From Pyrinomonadaceae bacterium (GTDB lineage Bacteria > Acidobacteriota > Blastocatellia > Pyrinomonadales > Pyrinomonadaceae): a stretch of 64,000 bases of DNA. Shown piece by piece: positions 47,256 through 57,153 of this stretch; position 1 is the stretch's first letter; each line of letters begins with the position of its first letter. The notes beneath the pieces were generated by a model that was not told the origin of the DNA, searched no databases, and saw nothing but the letters and a program-made list of their open reading frames with translations. The stretch spans positions 25,990-89,989 of the forward strand of contig JBHEMV010000001.1 in assembly GCA_046262375.1 (NCBI GenBank), in the 5' to 3' direction. Both the position numbers and the translations under genes were made by a program.

Positions 47256-48599
47256 TCAATTTGGCTCACGGGCCATCATACCCGTGCGTTGCGGTTGCGG
47301 AGCAAGCGCTTCCAACGTCTTATAGATTTGAAGATAAATCTGGGTCTCGCGCGGAATCAGCGTCCGCCAGGCCGCGCCACCCCGCCTGATGTAAAGCGGG
47401 AGACGAGCAGCATTGGAATTGTACCCCGCGGCAAGCAACTCCGTTTGAGTAGCCAGCTTCGCACTCAGTGCATACTGCACGTCTTCGTTCGCTACCAGGT
47501 CGTTCCACGTGTCCTGCATGTAGAGGAGCATTGCCTGAAGCGCGTTGGCGTGATTACGCATACCCACAACGAAGTCCGGGGTGAGACCTACTCCGGGATG
47601 ACGTTGCCTCACGAGGTTGTACGCCCAGGGAATCATCTGCACCATTCCTCCGGCGCCTGCAAAGCTCACTGAGTAACGATAAGTGTTCGACTCATTAAGA
47701 GCGTAAAGCGAATAGATTTCATCAAAGAGTGCGAGCCGGTTTTCCAGACGAAAGCGATCGTGGTCCACATGTTCCACGAGACAAAGACGTTCGGCCACGG
47801 TGACGATCTGCGGAGACATAAACGTTCCCTTCTCGCGCAAGCGCCTAACCGCCAGATCCATCATTCTGTGCACATATGCGCGCCCGGCCCGTGACAAGTC
47901 GGGCGAAAGCAAAGCCGGATGGGCTGATGTGTAGTAGGCCATCTCGCGAAAAACGCCGCGCTTCTCAATGGGAAATTCAACGACCATGGGAACGAGAGAA
48001 CGTCCCTGGCTATCGAAAATTGCCACCGCCGTGTTGACGCCATTCGCTCGCAGGATGCGAACGCTCAAAGGAGTGCCCAATGAACTCGTCATCGTCAGTT
48101 CCGCCCCTTTGGTCAGGAAGGTATCTTTATAAAGATTTATTAAATGAATGCGACCTGTATTGCGATCCAGAGCTGCGAGGGTAACGAAATCAATTGACGG
48201 CGATGTCATCGCAGTTTGCAAGGGACGCGATTTCAAGAGGCGCTCAGCTTCGGAGATTCGGGCGCGAATCAATGGCGGAGACATTAGAGACAAATTTGTT
48301 GCCGGTTGATCCCACCGTCGCGTCGTCGCCGCAGGTCCGGCCACTGACGGCCGGGCCGGAGGTTGTTTTCCCTCGAGCACACCCTGTGGGGACGGCGTCT
48401 GTTCCACGCTTTGGGAAGCGGGTGGAACAGGTTGCGGCTGCTGCGCAGGAGATGGCTGCGCCTGGGCGGGCCCGGGCGAAGTAGTTCGTGGTCTTGTTTC
48501 GGGGTTGTGCGAAGGGTTTTGAGTTTGCGCCTGAGCGGGTGCTACTGCGCTCGAAAGGACAAGTAAAAATGAGGCGAGGGTAATTCTTTTCATAGGCAA
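47256..48599 (-). CDS. exported protein with SLT-type lytic transglycosylase-like motif
   Basis: A signal peptide is followed by a Pro/Gln-rich linker. NESNTYRYSVSFAGAGGMVQMIP fits the ES...S.AGA.GLMQ.P pattern, and GYNSN sits in the AYNxG position. Confidence 0.55.
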   Translation of the reverse strand: MPMKRITLASFLLVLSSAVAPAQAQTQNPSHNPETRPRTTSPGPAQAQPSPAQQPQPVPPASQSVEQTPSPQGVLEGKQPPARPSVAGPAATTRRWDQPATNLSLMSPPLIRARISEAERLLKSRPLQTAMTSPSIDFVTLAALDRNTGRIHLINLYKDTFLTKGAELTMTSSLGTPLSVRILRANGVNTAVAIFDSQGRSLVPMVVEFPIEKRGVFREMAYYTSAHPALLSPDLSRAGRAYVHRMMDLAVRRLREKGTFMSPQIVTVAERLCLVEHVDHDRFRLENRLALFDEIYSLYALNESNTYRYSVSFAGAGGMVQMIPWAYNLVRQRHPGVGLTPDFVVGMRNHANALQAMLLYMQDTWNDLVANEDVQYALSAKLATQTELLAAGYNSNAARLPLYIRRGGAAWRTLIPRETQIYLQIYKTLEALAPQPQRTGMMAREPN

Positions 48600-48742
48600 T
48601 ACCGAAAGTCTTACAACTCGCCGGGGGGGGTGGCGTGTTGCGATTAGATTCGCGGATTGTCAGTAAGGTTGTCAACCCCACGCCCTGGCGATCATACAGC
48701 GCATAGCGTAACGACGCTCCAGTGGACCAATCGCCGCTTCGG

Positions 48743-49636
48743 TCATGGAGACTTGTCTCCATCCAGCCAATCGCGCGTCATGTCGCACCATAGGGCAAGA
48801 CCGCGCCACTCCTTAAAGCGTGAGTAGTAGCGTGCGATCTTCTTGTCGGTTGCCTTGCGTCCATTATTTCGTACAGCAAAAAATTTTGCTCGTGTCCAGG
48901 AGTCCAGCGCGAGACCATCATAGCGACCAAGTAGTTTCAAAAGATTTTCCGCAGCGTATGGTCCTACTCCCATCACTCCTCTCATTTCTTTTATTAAGTC
49001 CGCTGTAGTGAGAGGACTTTTGAGCCACGCTTCAACATCAAGATCACCAGAAGCGACCCGATCCGCCAGCTCTTTCAAATAAGCACTACGATAGCCGGCG
49101 CGGACTTCGTTTATATAAAAATGAACGGGCATCAGGGACATGGCTTCGGGCGTCGGGAAAGTGCGGAGCCGAGCATTAGATTCGCGCCCGAGATTTTCCA
49201 CCAATCCAGTAACCATTTTTTCGGTGAGAGCCCAGGAACAATTAGTCGTGCAAATCATTTTTACTAAATCCTCGAACACAGTCGGAGAGCGCAGCATGCG
49301 TCCCGCTCCTTGCGTGGCGATCCAATTGAAATCGCTATCCTCGGTCAGCAGGCGATAAAACTCGCCGATGTCGTCGTCAAGCCTCAGCATGTGGCGAACA
49401 TCGCTGATAACCTTTTTGGTGGCGGCCTGACTTAAGCGTCGAGATGGGGTAATTCGTAAAGCTCGTTTAGTCGCAGTGATGGTGACGGTCACGGGCTGAG
49501 ATTCTTTTAGATCTAATGTGCGCGTTAACCGCCACTTCTGTCGATCGACCTGAAACGGAAGCAGTTCGCACCAACCATGACTGATTACTGTTCGTTTGAA
49601 ACTGAACTCACGAGGGGTAGTAATAAAAATTTCCAT
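48743..49636 (-). CDS. HhH-GPD superfamily DNA glycosylase (AlkA-like)
   Basis: The helix-hairpin-helix plus Gly/Pro loop is MRGVMGVGPYAAENLLKLLG, followed by the Asp of LALDSW. Confidence 0.7.
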   Translation of the reverse strand: MEIFITTPREFSFKRTVISHGWCELLPFQVDRQKWRLTRTLDLKESQPVTVTITATKRALRITPSRRLSQAATKKVISDVRHMLRLDDDIGEFYRLLTEDSDFNWIATQGAGRMLRSPTVFEDLVKMICTTNCSWALTEKMVTGLVENLGRESNARLRTFPTPEAMSLMPVHFYINEVRAGYRSAYLKELADRVASGDLDVEAWLKSPLTTADLIKEMRGVMGVGPYAAENLLKLLGRYDGLALDSWTRAKFFAVRNNGRKATDKKIARYYSRFKEWRGLALWCDMTRDWLDGDKSP

Positions 49637-50150
49637 AATTTACATGACGGGAAGATGAGAGCGAATTAGTTATTGATTTAGTAAACAGCCACTAAGATTA
49701 TGTGGAAGAGAGTCTAATCGCAAACGGCATGCAATAACTTATCTGCTGGAGTCAGGACAAAGATTCTTCTCAGCCAGAGCATTAGCGGCTAACCCCCACC
49801 AGGGTTTTCAGAAGGAGGAGGAATGCCTACCCGCCGTTCTGCTTGTACGCTTCGGCTACAGTCAACCTGATTCTTGACAGGTTGCTTTTGCGGGACTAGA
49901 CTAGCTGCACTTGAAAACCGAATAAGGAAGGCTGTACTTGTCATCTCCTGATACTTGGGGAAAAGACAGGCGTAGAGTCCACTACTGCGGCTCTCTACAG
50001 TATTACGGTGAGCGTAAGCACCGCTTCCGACGATGATTTGAACCCGGAGCTTTCCGGTTTTCTCGCCCCACAAGGCCATACAATTAACTTTGTGGGGCGT
50101 TGTCGTGTCTGCGGCTAGAACAGGCATTCCTGCCCGTCTGATCTGCTCGG

Positions 50151-50176
50151 GGAAATGACAGACAAGAATGTCTGTC
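50151..50176 (-). terminator. weak intrinsic-terminator-like hairpin after the PHP gene
   Basis: On the minus strand it reads GACAGAC AUUCUU GUCUGUC followed by AUUUCC. The stems are at 50157-50163 and 50170-50176. The stem is only 7 bp and the U-tract is short. Confidence 0.3.
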
Positions 50177-50214
50177 CTACCTCAGGCACTCCTGCCCATC
50201 TGGTCTTTTCGGGA

Positions 50215-51426
50215 CTACCTCACATAAATCGGATTTGAGATGATCCAGGGCTGCTGGCCGACAGGCTCAGGGAGTTGTGGCAAGTAAACCTCGACCCGAT
50301 AAACGCCCTTGTCGGTTACACGGAAGTCCTTCCTTACCCCAGTCTCGTCTCGAATCGTGTTCCCATCCTTCAACAGAACGATGCGGCTGGCAACAGGCGC
50401 GTTAACCTCGAGTCGCACCTCTCGTTCCAAAAATATTTCGTCACCCTGGATCTTGCTTTCGGTCTCAGTCGAAGCCGAGAAGCTGAAGCCCCTGGTCTCA
50501 CTGAATAGATCGAACCCGATGAAGCAATGGCCTGAGGCTATCGCTTCCAGTAGGGAGTCCGAATCGAGGGCTTTGTTTTTCGGAACGAGAACATGTACTC
50601 GCACGAGGTGAAAACTTCTCTTATATGGATCCAGCTTCATGCCGACGAGGGTTTCGCCCGACTGGCTAATCAAAGTGATGCCGACATTCGAATGAGCGTC
50701 GTTTCCGGCGAGGGCCGTAAGCTTTTTACCTGTCCGCGCCAGCGCTTCATCCCATTTCTTTAAGTTCTCAGTGGGTCTCCGGTAGAAGTTGGCAAACAGC
50801 AAGTCGGGGTAACTTCGATAGGACCAGAGGCCATCGAAAAACATTACCAAAGGATTAATCTGGCGCGCGTTGGTGTAGACATTGTAGACCTCGACACCGT
50901 CGTAACCATCCGCCTCCCAGCTCCTGAAATCCTGAGGGTACGCCACAAAAGCCAGTAACCCTTTGGGCTTCTCCTGGGAAAGTAGTTGCTGGGCCGATAA
51001 GCCACTGCCGATGTCTGTCGCCTCATCGCCGGGAAGAAGCAGCAAACGATCTGCGTTGTTGGTGCTGACTTCATTGCCGTTGATGAAGAGGATGCCCGCG
51101 TGTATACCCTTAAGTGTCAGCGCAGCGGTATTGAAGTTTTCAGATGTATGCTCGGTCATTACGACAAAGCTGAGCTGGTTTGATTTTGCGCCTGCAATGA
51201 TCTCTTCAAAGTTGCCCCTGCTGTGGCCACCCAGAAAGGAGTGCACGTGGACAACGCCTTTGTACTCGACAAACTCAGAATTGTCCGGGGACACGGCGCT
51301 TTGAGAGTTCACCTGTTGAATTGCTGCACTCAGCCGACCGAGTTTGTAACGACGATAGGCGAAAGGAATCTGCGAGAACAGAAGGAAGATAAGCAGTATT
51401 AGTAGGAGCTTTTTCCACCGCTTCAT
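50215..51426 (-). CDS. PHP-domain-like metal-dependent phosphoesterase (membrane-anchored)
   Basis: It has an N-terminal TM helix. GVVHVHSFLGGHS, VVMTEH and GNDAHS form a His-rich motif set consistent with a PHP/CehA-like fold. Confidence 0.55.
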   Translation of the reverse strand: MKRWKKLLLILLIFLLFSQIPFAYRRYKLGRLSAAIQQVNSQSAVSPDNSEFVEYKGVVHVHSFLGGHSRGNFEEIIAGAKSNQLSFVVMTEHTSENFNTAALTLKGIHAGILFINGNEVSTNNADRLLLLPGDEATDIGSGLSAQQLLSQEKPKGLLAFVAYPQDFRSWEADGYDGVEVYNVYTNARQINPLVMFFDGLWSYRSYPDLLFANFYRRPTENLKKWDEALARTGKKLTALAGNDAHSNVGITLISQSGETLVGMKLDPYKRSFHLVRVHVLVPKNKALDSDSLLEAIASGHCFIGFDLFSETRGFSFSASTETESKIQGDEIFLEREVRLEVNAPVASRIVLLKDGNTIRDETGVRKDFRVTDKGVYRVEVYLPQLPEPVGQQPWIISNPIYVR

Positions 51427-51435
51427 AACAGGGAA

Positions 51436-51765
51436 TCAACTCTCCGGGGTCCCCGGCGGGGCAGCCCCGCTGGGGTAGGTGTCAAAATCAACGGAAGCAA
51501 CTTGCTCGCTGATTGCCTTTCCAAATGCCGCAACTTTGATGTGCTCGGGATGAATAGTGTAGGCATCGAGGCCTGCTCGATTCTTAAAGGTAGCTACCAA
51601 TCCGGTATCGAATGAGCGAGGCAGGCCCAACAAGTCGAAACCCACAGCCAAACTCTCGAGCTCTTTTATTATTGACGAAAAGCTGCGTAGCAGGCGCACG
51701 TGTTCCTCGCGAACTTCCTGCTCAACATCAGAACGATATTTCCAAATGACAATGTGTGTAAGCAT
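51436..51765 (-). CDS. Dabb-family stress-responsive alpha/beta-barrel protein
   Basis: The internal ATG at 51765 gives MLTHIVIWKYRSDV..., the typical Dabb start. The 50 upstream codons of the tracked ORF look non-coding. Confidence 0.8.
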   Translation of the reverse strand: MLTHIVIWKYRSDVEQEVREEHVRLLRSFSSIIKELESLAVGFDLLGLPRSFDTGLVATFKNRAGLDAYTIHPEHIKVAAFGKAISEQVASVDFDTYPSGAAPPGTPES

Positions 51766-51796
51766 AATTTCACCAGTTTGAATGAAGCCGAATTTG

Positions 51797-53896
51797 TTAC
51801 TTAAGAAAACGATCAAACCAGGCGATTGTTCTCTCCAGGGCATCCACCCGATGCTTCGGCTCCCGCAGGCCGTGTCCTTCTCGGGGATAACGAAGCAACA
51901 CAGTCTCAACACCACGACGCTTCAGGGCCATGTACATTTCTTCCGCCTGCGTGATGTGAACGTCGTTATCCTGCTCGCCGTGAATGAACAGCGTGGGCGT
52001 TTGGGCCTGCTTGACGTAACGCAGCGGCGACCATTGCCACAGCAAATCGTAATTGTCCCAGGGAAAGCCGCCAAACTCGGCATGTATTAAATCCTGGTAA
52101 AGCGAAGTCGAATAGAAGCTGATCAAATTGCTGACGCTGGCGCTCGAGATCGCAGCTTTGAAGCGCGGCGTCTGCGTAATGATCCAGTTCGTCATAAAGC
52201 CGCCGTATGATCCACCCGTGACGCCCATACGGTCTTGATCGATCCAGGAATTCCTTCGCAGCGCCTCATCGACGCCAGCCATTAAATCTTTGTAGTCTCC
52301 ACCACCCCATTCACTGAGCGTACCGTCGCTAAACTTTTGCCCATAACCTGTTGATCCACGAGGATTCAGATAAAGGACTGCGTAACCGCGTGCGGCATAA
52401 ACCTGGAACGTGGGATTGAAAGCCCAACCAGACATCCCGTGGGGACCGCCGTGAATGCTGAGAATCAGCGGATACTTTCGATCTTCGCGCCAGCCGACAG
52501 GCTTCATCAGCCAACCCTGGATCTTAGTTCCGTCGAAACTTTTGAAAGTAATTTCGTCAGGTTCGATAAGTGGAACTGAACGAACCAGCGAACCATTGTG
52601 CGAAGTGAGGCGCTGCATTACCCGTCCGAATGATGCTGGCGCGGTCCAGACTTCCGTGGGATTTATGCTATCGCTAAGAGCGATAGCTAGTTTTCCGAGG
52701 GCTTGCGAGTTAATGCTGAAGCTGGTTATTTGAAATGGCCTCGTAGGAAAAGTCGCTGGCTCAAGCTTGGGATTTGGCGTCACGTCCTCGTGCGAAAAGA
52801 CATCTCTAATGGGACCGGAATCAAAACGAACAGCATAAAGATTGGTTCTCCCGCTGTCGCCAGCAAGGAAATAGATGGAACGGCTGTGAGGTGACCATTT
52901 CGGGCTACGCGAACGTCGATCCTGCTCGGCCGTCAATTCTCTTCTGTTCGCGCCCGCTGCGTCTGTTACCCACACATGCGTGTCTTCAGCAACGCTGTCT
53001 ATTGTCGTTATCTCTCGCTTGGTGGCAGTGTAGGCGATCCACTTTCCATCGGGCGACCACGTCGGTTCGTATTCGCAGCCTCTTGTGTGCGTGATCTGAC
53101 GCAGCTCACCATGCAGGTCGACAGCGAAGATGTCGGAGTTGTTATTCGCATCCGGGTCCGCTTCATGGTTTGAGAGAAAGGCAATTTCGTCTCCCCGGGG
53201 ACTAAATGTGACCGCATGATCGTAGAAGGGCCCGGAAGTAAGTTGGCGGGACTCTGGTTTCTCAATTGTTGTGATCCAAACATGGGTCCGGCGGTTATCG
53301 GAGAAGGAGGTTCGCGACTTGTATTGAATGCGATCGATAACCTTCGGATCATCCGGCAAAGTAGATAGATCGCTTGTGGCGGTTGTCTCCTCGGTTGCGG
53401 AAACATAAGCAATCCTCTTTGAGTCTGGCGCCCAGGCAAGAGTCTCACCCGCATAGGTAATGAAAAAGTTTGTCTTCAGAATGGGCGCGATAAACCGCGG
53501 CTCACGATTAGGCAGGTTCACAATCCATATCCCATACTGATCGTTGTGATTACCAAGAAAGGCGATCATCGAGCTGTCAGGCGACCAACGGGGGTTTGAA
53601 ACATTCCACCCCCTGGCAAGCAAGGGCATGGGAGACCTGGATGCATTCGGGATCAGTTCCATTCCCGCGCGCGTAAGCCAAAGCGTACTAATTGTGGCGT
53701 CTCCTTCGACTGCAGAGACGGTATAAACGACCCATTGACCGTTGGGCGAGATCTGAGGATCACTAACGCTCGCCACTCGCAGGATGTCGGCTGGAGCCAT
53801 CGGCCGGCGCGGTTGGGAATCAGCAGGACTGACTGATGTAACTACAATTATCGCGGCTGCGATAATTAAAAGTGCCTTCATCATACGTTTCTGCAT
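51797..53896 (-). CDS. S9-family serine peptidase with TolB-like beta-propeller
   Basis: A signal peptide and repeated propeller blades (ISPNGQWVVY, WSPDSSMIAF, WSPDGKWIAY) precede the C-terminal hydrolase domain. That domain has GVTGGSYGG (GxSxG), GEQDNDV and GHG. Confidence 0.85.
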   Translation of the reverse strand: MQKRMMKALLIIAAAIIVVTSVSPADSQPRRPMAPADILRVASVSDPQISPNGQWVVYTVSAVEGDATISTLWLTRAGMELIPNASRSPMPLLARGWNVSNPRWSPDSSMIAFLGNHNDQYGIWIVNLPNREPRFIAPILKTNFFITYAGETLAWAPDSKRIAYVSATEETTATSDLSTLPDDPKVIDRIQYKSRTSFSDNRRTHVWITTIEKPESRQLTSGPFYDHAVTFSPRGDEIAFLSNHEADPDANNNSDIFAVDLHGELRQITHTRGCEYEPTWSPDGKWIAYTATKREITTIDSVAEDTHVWVTDAAGANRRELTAEQDRRSRSPKWSPHSRSIYFLAGDSGRTNLYAVRFDSGPIRDVFSHEDVTPNPKLEPATFPTRPFQITSFSINSQALGKLAIALSDSINPTEVWTAPASFGRVMQRLTSHNGSLVRSVPLIEPDEITFKSFDGTKIQGWLMKPVGWREDRKYPLILSIHGGPHGMSGWAFNPTFQVYAARGYAVLYLNPRGSTGYGQKFSDGTLSEWGGGDYKDLMAGVDEALRRNSWIDQDRMGVTGGSYGGFMTNWIITQTPRFKAAISSASVSNLISFYSTSLYQDLIHAEFGGFPWDNYDLLWQWSPLRYVKQAQTPTLFIHGEQDNDVHITQAEEMYMALKRRGVETVLLRYPREGHGLREPKHRVDALERTIAWFDRFLK

Positions 53897-53993
53897 AAAC
53901 CAATCATTCGATGCTCTGAAGTCGGGACTAGTCGATGCTCTGAAGTTGGGACTAGTTCGGTTTTGGGCGGGCTCCGTCTAACGACTGCGATGG

Positions 53994-55490
53994 TTAATTC
54001 TTCGATTGAGCCGAAAGTAACTTTAGTTGCTCATTCAATAATTCCCAAACCTGGCGCACGTGTTTTTCCTCTGTGCGAATATTTCCGATGGAGAGTCGCA
54101 ATGTAATCTTATCGTTAAGCTTTGTATGAGAGAGCAACGCTTTACCTGTCCCATTTACACCATGCATGATCGCTTCGTTTAGTACATCCAACCTGCCCTC
54201 GCGAGCAATCTCAGACGCGGCCTCAATCGGTGGACACGCACGAAAGCAAACTAAAGCCAGAGTCAGCGGCGCCATCAACTCCCATTCGCGCGATTCTTCC
54301 ACCCACGATGCGAATAACCTGGCCAGACGACAATGTTCGCGTATTCGCGCCGCCAGGCCCTCGTGTCCGAAGTAACGTATGATCATCCATAACTTGAGCG
54401 CGCGAAAGCGACGACCCAGCTGCACGCCATAATCCGACCCGCTCCTTACGCGCTCCTGCTCCGGCGTGCGCAAATACTCCGGGACTAAAGAGAAGGCGCG
54501 TCGGAGCAGCTCCAGCTGGCGACAATACAGCACGGACAGATCAAACGGCGTGAATAACCATTTATGCGGATTCACTGCAAGCGAGTCTGCCCGCTCGCAG
54601 CCCTTCAGAATACTTCTGAATTCGGGCACAACAGCGGCTGATCCCGCATAAGCCGCGTCGACGTGCAGCCACATGATGTGCTTCTCGCAGATAGGAACAA
54701 TCTCCGGAACAGGATCGATGCTCGAGGTTGACGTGGTTCCCACCGTCGCCACCACACAGAACGGGACCATGCCATTCCTCTTGTCTTCCTCCACTGCCGC
54801 AGCGAGGGCCCTAGCTTCCATACGAAACTCACTGTCCACAGGAATTTTTCTTAGCGCCCGCTGTCCCAGGCCCAGTGTTATGACTCCCTTCTCAATTGAT
54901 GAGTGTGCCTGTTCGGAAGCATAGACTCGTAGCAAAGGCAGGTCTTTGCGGCCGCTCATCCCCTCTTCCCGAATACGCAGCTCCACACCTTCCCGCGCTG
55001 CGGCGATGGCGTGCATGCTGGATACAGAAGCGGTGTCGTAAATGATGCCGGTCATCCCCGCGTCCAGGCCCATCATCTGGCGCAGCCAATCAAGCGTGAC
55101 CTCCTCCAGTTCCGTTGACGCTGGCGAGGTACGCCAAAGCATCGCTTTGTTATCAAAGGCTGCGCTCAAGAGTTCGCCAAAGATTCCAGGCGCGGACGTT
55201 GACGTGGCAAAGTAAGCGAAAAACGAAGGATGGCTCCAGTGGGTCAGCGCTGGGACGATTAGCCTGTCCACATCACCAAGGATTTCCTCCATCGCTTCGC
55301 CTTTTACGGGTGGCGCAACGGGAAGTTGTGCCTTTAGATCTCCGGGCTCGATCCGAGCAAGAACCGGAAGATCTTCAATGTGCGCGAAGTAGTCCGCTAT
55401 CCAATCGATGAGCTCATGACCAAACCGGCGAAACTCATCCTTGCTCATATCGCCCAGGGCGGGCGAAACTTTTGCTTGAGCCTTTGTCAT
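53994..55490 (-). CDS. aromatic-L-amino-acid decarboxylase-like PLP enzyme (group II)
   Basis: SLAVNPHKWLFTPFDLSVLY provides the PLP-lysine context. The N-terminal EFRRFGHELIDWIADY and a length of 498 aa match DDC/TyDC-type enzymes. Confidence 0.85.
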   Translation of the reverse strand: MTKAQAKVSPALGDMSKDEFRRFGHELIDWIADYFAHIEDLPVLARIEPGDLKAQLPVAPPVKGEAMEEILGDVDRLIVPALTHWSHPSFFAYFATSTSAPGIFGELLSAAFDNKAMLWRTSPASTELEEVTLDWLRQMMGLDAGMTGIIYDTASVSSMHAIAAAREGVELRIREEGMSGRKDLPLLRVYASEQAHSSIEKGVITLGLGQRALRKIPVDSEFRMEARALAAAVEEDKRNGMVPFCVVATVGTTSTSSIDPVPEIVPICEKHIMWLHVDAAYAGSAAVVPEFRSILKGCERADSLAVNPHKWLFTPFDLSVLYCRQLELLRRAFSLVPEYLRTPEQERVRSGSDYGVQLGRRFRALKLWMIIRYFGHEGLAARIREHCRLARLFASWVEESREWELMAPLTLALVCFRACPPIEAASEIAREGRLDVLNEAIMHGVNGTGKALLSHTKLNDKITLRLSIGNIRTEEKHVRQVWELLNEQLKLLSAQSKN

Positions 55491-55804
55491 CGGGCGCAGT
55501 CTAAATTAGCCGTCAACTAAATTCCACGTTTTTTAAGTAGTGTCAATTTTGAGCGACGACGGAATAGCACGCGGCGGCTTTGCACAAAAACGGGTTCCGG
55601 CGAGTCCGCTCTGGCGGACGCCTGACAATAGCCCAGCGATTTATCGCTGGGTAAAAGTTTGCGTCAGTAACGCTCTCGAAGCTATTATTCAGGCTCGATT
55701 TTTAGCTTACAGCAAACTGCTGCCTGATGAGTGGCTCTGAACTGCCCGGACTCAGCTTCGCATTCCAAATGTCGGTCACTAAAACCATTGCTTGAGAGGA
55801 CTAT

Positions 55805-57097
55805 ATGAAACGCATCCTACTTAGCCTACTAATCGTTGCCAGCTTGCTAACGGCCCTAGCCTGCCAGCCCTCAGGGAGCGGCGGCGACAAAGTCAAAATC
55901 GGCGTCTTTATGTCGCTGACGGGCTCGACTGCCAACTTCGGTATCTCGTCTGTCAACGGCATCAAAATGGCCGCGGATGAAGTGAACGCGGCAGGTGGCA
56001 TCAATGGCAAGCAAATCGAACTCCTGGTGCAGGATGATCGGTCAGATGCCTCAGAAGCTGCCACTATTGTCACGAAGTTTGTGACGCAGGATCAGGTGCA
56101 CGCCATTCTTGGTGAAGTGGCCAGCTCCCGCTCGATTGCGGCTGCTCCCATCGCGCAGAACGCCAAGATTCCGATGTTGACGCCCTCGTCGACGAACCCG
56201 GAAGTAACGAAAAAGGGCGATTACATTTTCCGCAGTTGCTTCATCGATCCAGTGCAAGGCGCCGCCATCGCGCAGTTTGCCGCTCGCACACTTAACGCCA
56301 AGCGCGCAGCCATCATGGTCGACCGCAAGAACGATTATTCAACCGGACTGGAAAAGGTAATTAAGGAAGTATTTCCGAAGTTGGGCGGGCAGATTGTCGC
56401 GACGCAGTCTTACCAGGAAGGCGATCAGGACTTTAACGCACAGTTGACCTCGCTGAAGGGTTCGAATCCGGAAGTCATCTTCGTACCGGGTTACTACAAC
56501 GACGTCGGCCTGATTGCGAAACAGGCGCGCGACAAGGGCATCACTGTACCGCTGGTCGGCGGTGACGGCTGGGACTCGATACAGCTTTATGCCATCGGCG
56601 GCACGGCTTTGAACGGTTCTTTTTTCTCCAATCACTATTCGCCTTACGACACTGATCCTCAGGTCCAGAAGTTCGTTAACGATTACAAGGCCCGCTACAA
56701 CACGATTCCTGACGCGCTGGCCGCCACCGCTTACGACGCCGCAAAGATCATGTTCGACGCCATCAAACGCGCCAATTCACTCGACGGAAAGGCTATCCGT
56801 GACGCGCTGGCCGCCACGAAGAGTTTTCCCGGCGTTACTGGGGACGTAACCTTCAATGAAAACCGCGACGCCGTGAAGCCGATCATCATGATCGAAATCA
56901 AGGATGGCGGCACCTATGCTGTGCGAGAGCGGGTGCAGGTGGAAGGTGCAGCAATACCCGGAGCGACCACGACCGCGTCACCGGCAATGAGCAGTTCACC
57001 AGCCGCGGCGGCTTCTCCTGCGAGCAAGACAAGCGGTTCGCCCGGGGCGCCTCCTCCTCCTCCTCCTGCGAAAGCGGCCACCAGCGCCACCCCGTAA
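55805..57097 (+). CDS. branched-chain amino-acid ABC transporter substrate-binding protein with low-complexity C-terminal tail
   Basis: It has a lipoprotein-like signal (LLTALAC) and a LivJ/LivK-type type I periplasmic binding fold (KIGVFMSLTGSTANFG...). The tail AIPGATTTASPAMSSSPAAAASPASKTSGSPGAPPPPPPAKAATSATP follows. Confidence 0.85.
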   Translation: MKRILLSLLIVASLLTALACQPSGSGGDKVKIGVFMSLTGSTANFGISSVNGIKMAADEVNAAGGINGKQIELLVQDDRSDASEAATIVTKFVTQDQVHAILGEVASSRSIAAAPIAQNAKIPMLTPSSTNPEVTKKGDYIFRSCFIDPVQGAAIAQFAARTLNAKRAAIMVDRKNDYSTGLEKVIKEVFPKLGGQIVATQSYQEGDQDFNAQLTSLKGSNPEVIFVPGYYNDVGLIAKQARDKGITVPLVGGDGWDSIQLYAIGGTALNGSFFSNHYSPYDTDPQVQKFVNDYKARYNTIPDALAATAYDAAKIMFDAIKRANSLDGKAIRDALAATKSFPGVTGDVTFNENRDAVKPIIMIEIKDGGTYAVRERVQVEGAAIPGATTTASPAMSSSPAAAASPASKTSGSPGAPPPPPPAKAATSATP

Positions 57098-57153
57098 TTC
57101 AGCCGTTGCGCTATTAGCATTCTGACGAACTTTCACGACTGCGACTCACAACT

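Noticed and set aside
49789-50127. 112-aa minus-strand ORF in the alkA-like/PHP gap
   Set aside because: It has no RBS and odd composition, and it overlaps the repeat/hairpin region. It cannot be supported as a gene without homology evidence.
50121-50213. CRISPR-like reading of the two 31-nt repeats
   Set aside because: There are only two diverged copies, the single 'spacer' is a palindromic hairpin, and there are no cas genes.
51766-51915. 50-codon N-terminal extension of the Dabb ORF
   Set aside because: Dabb proteins start at MxxHIVxxK. The extension also overlaps the 3' end of the peptidase gene.
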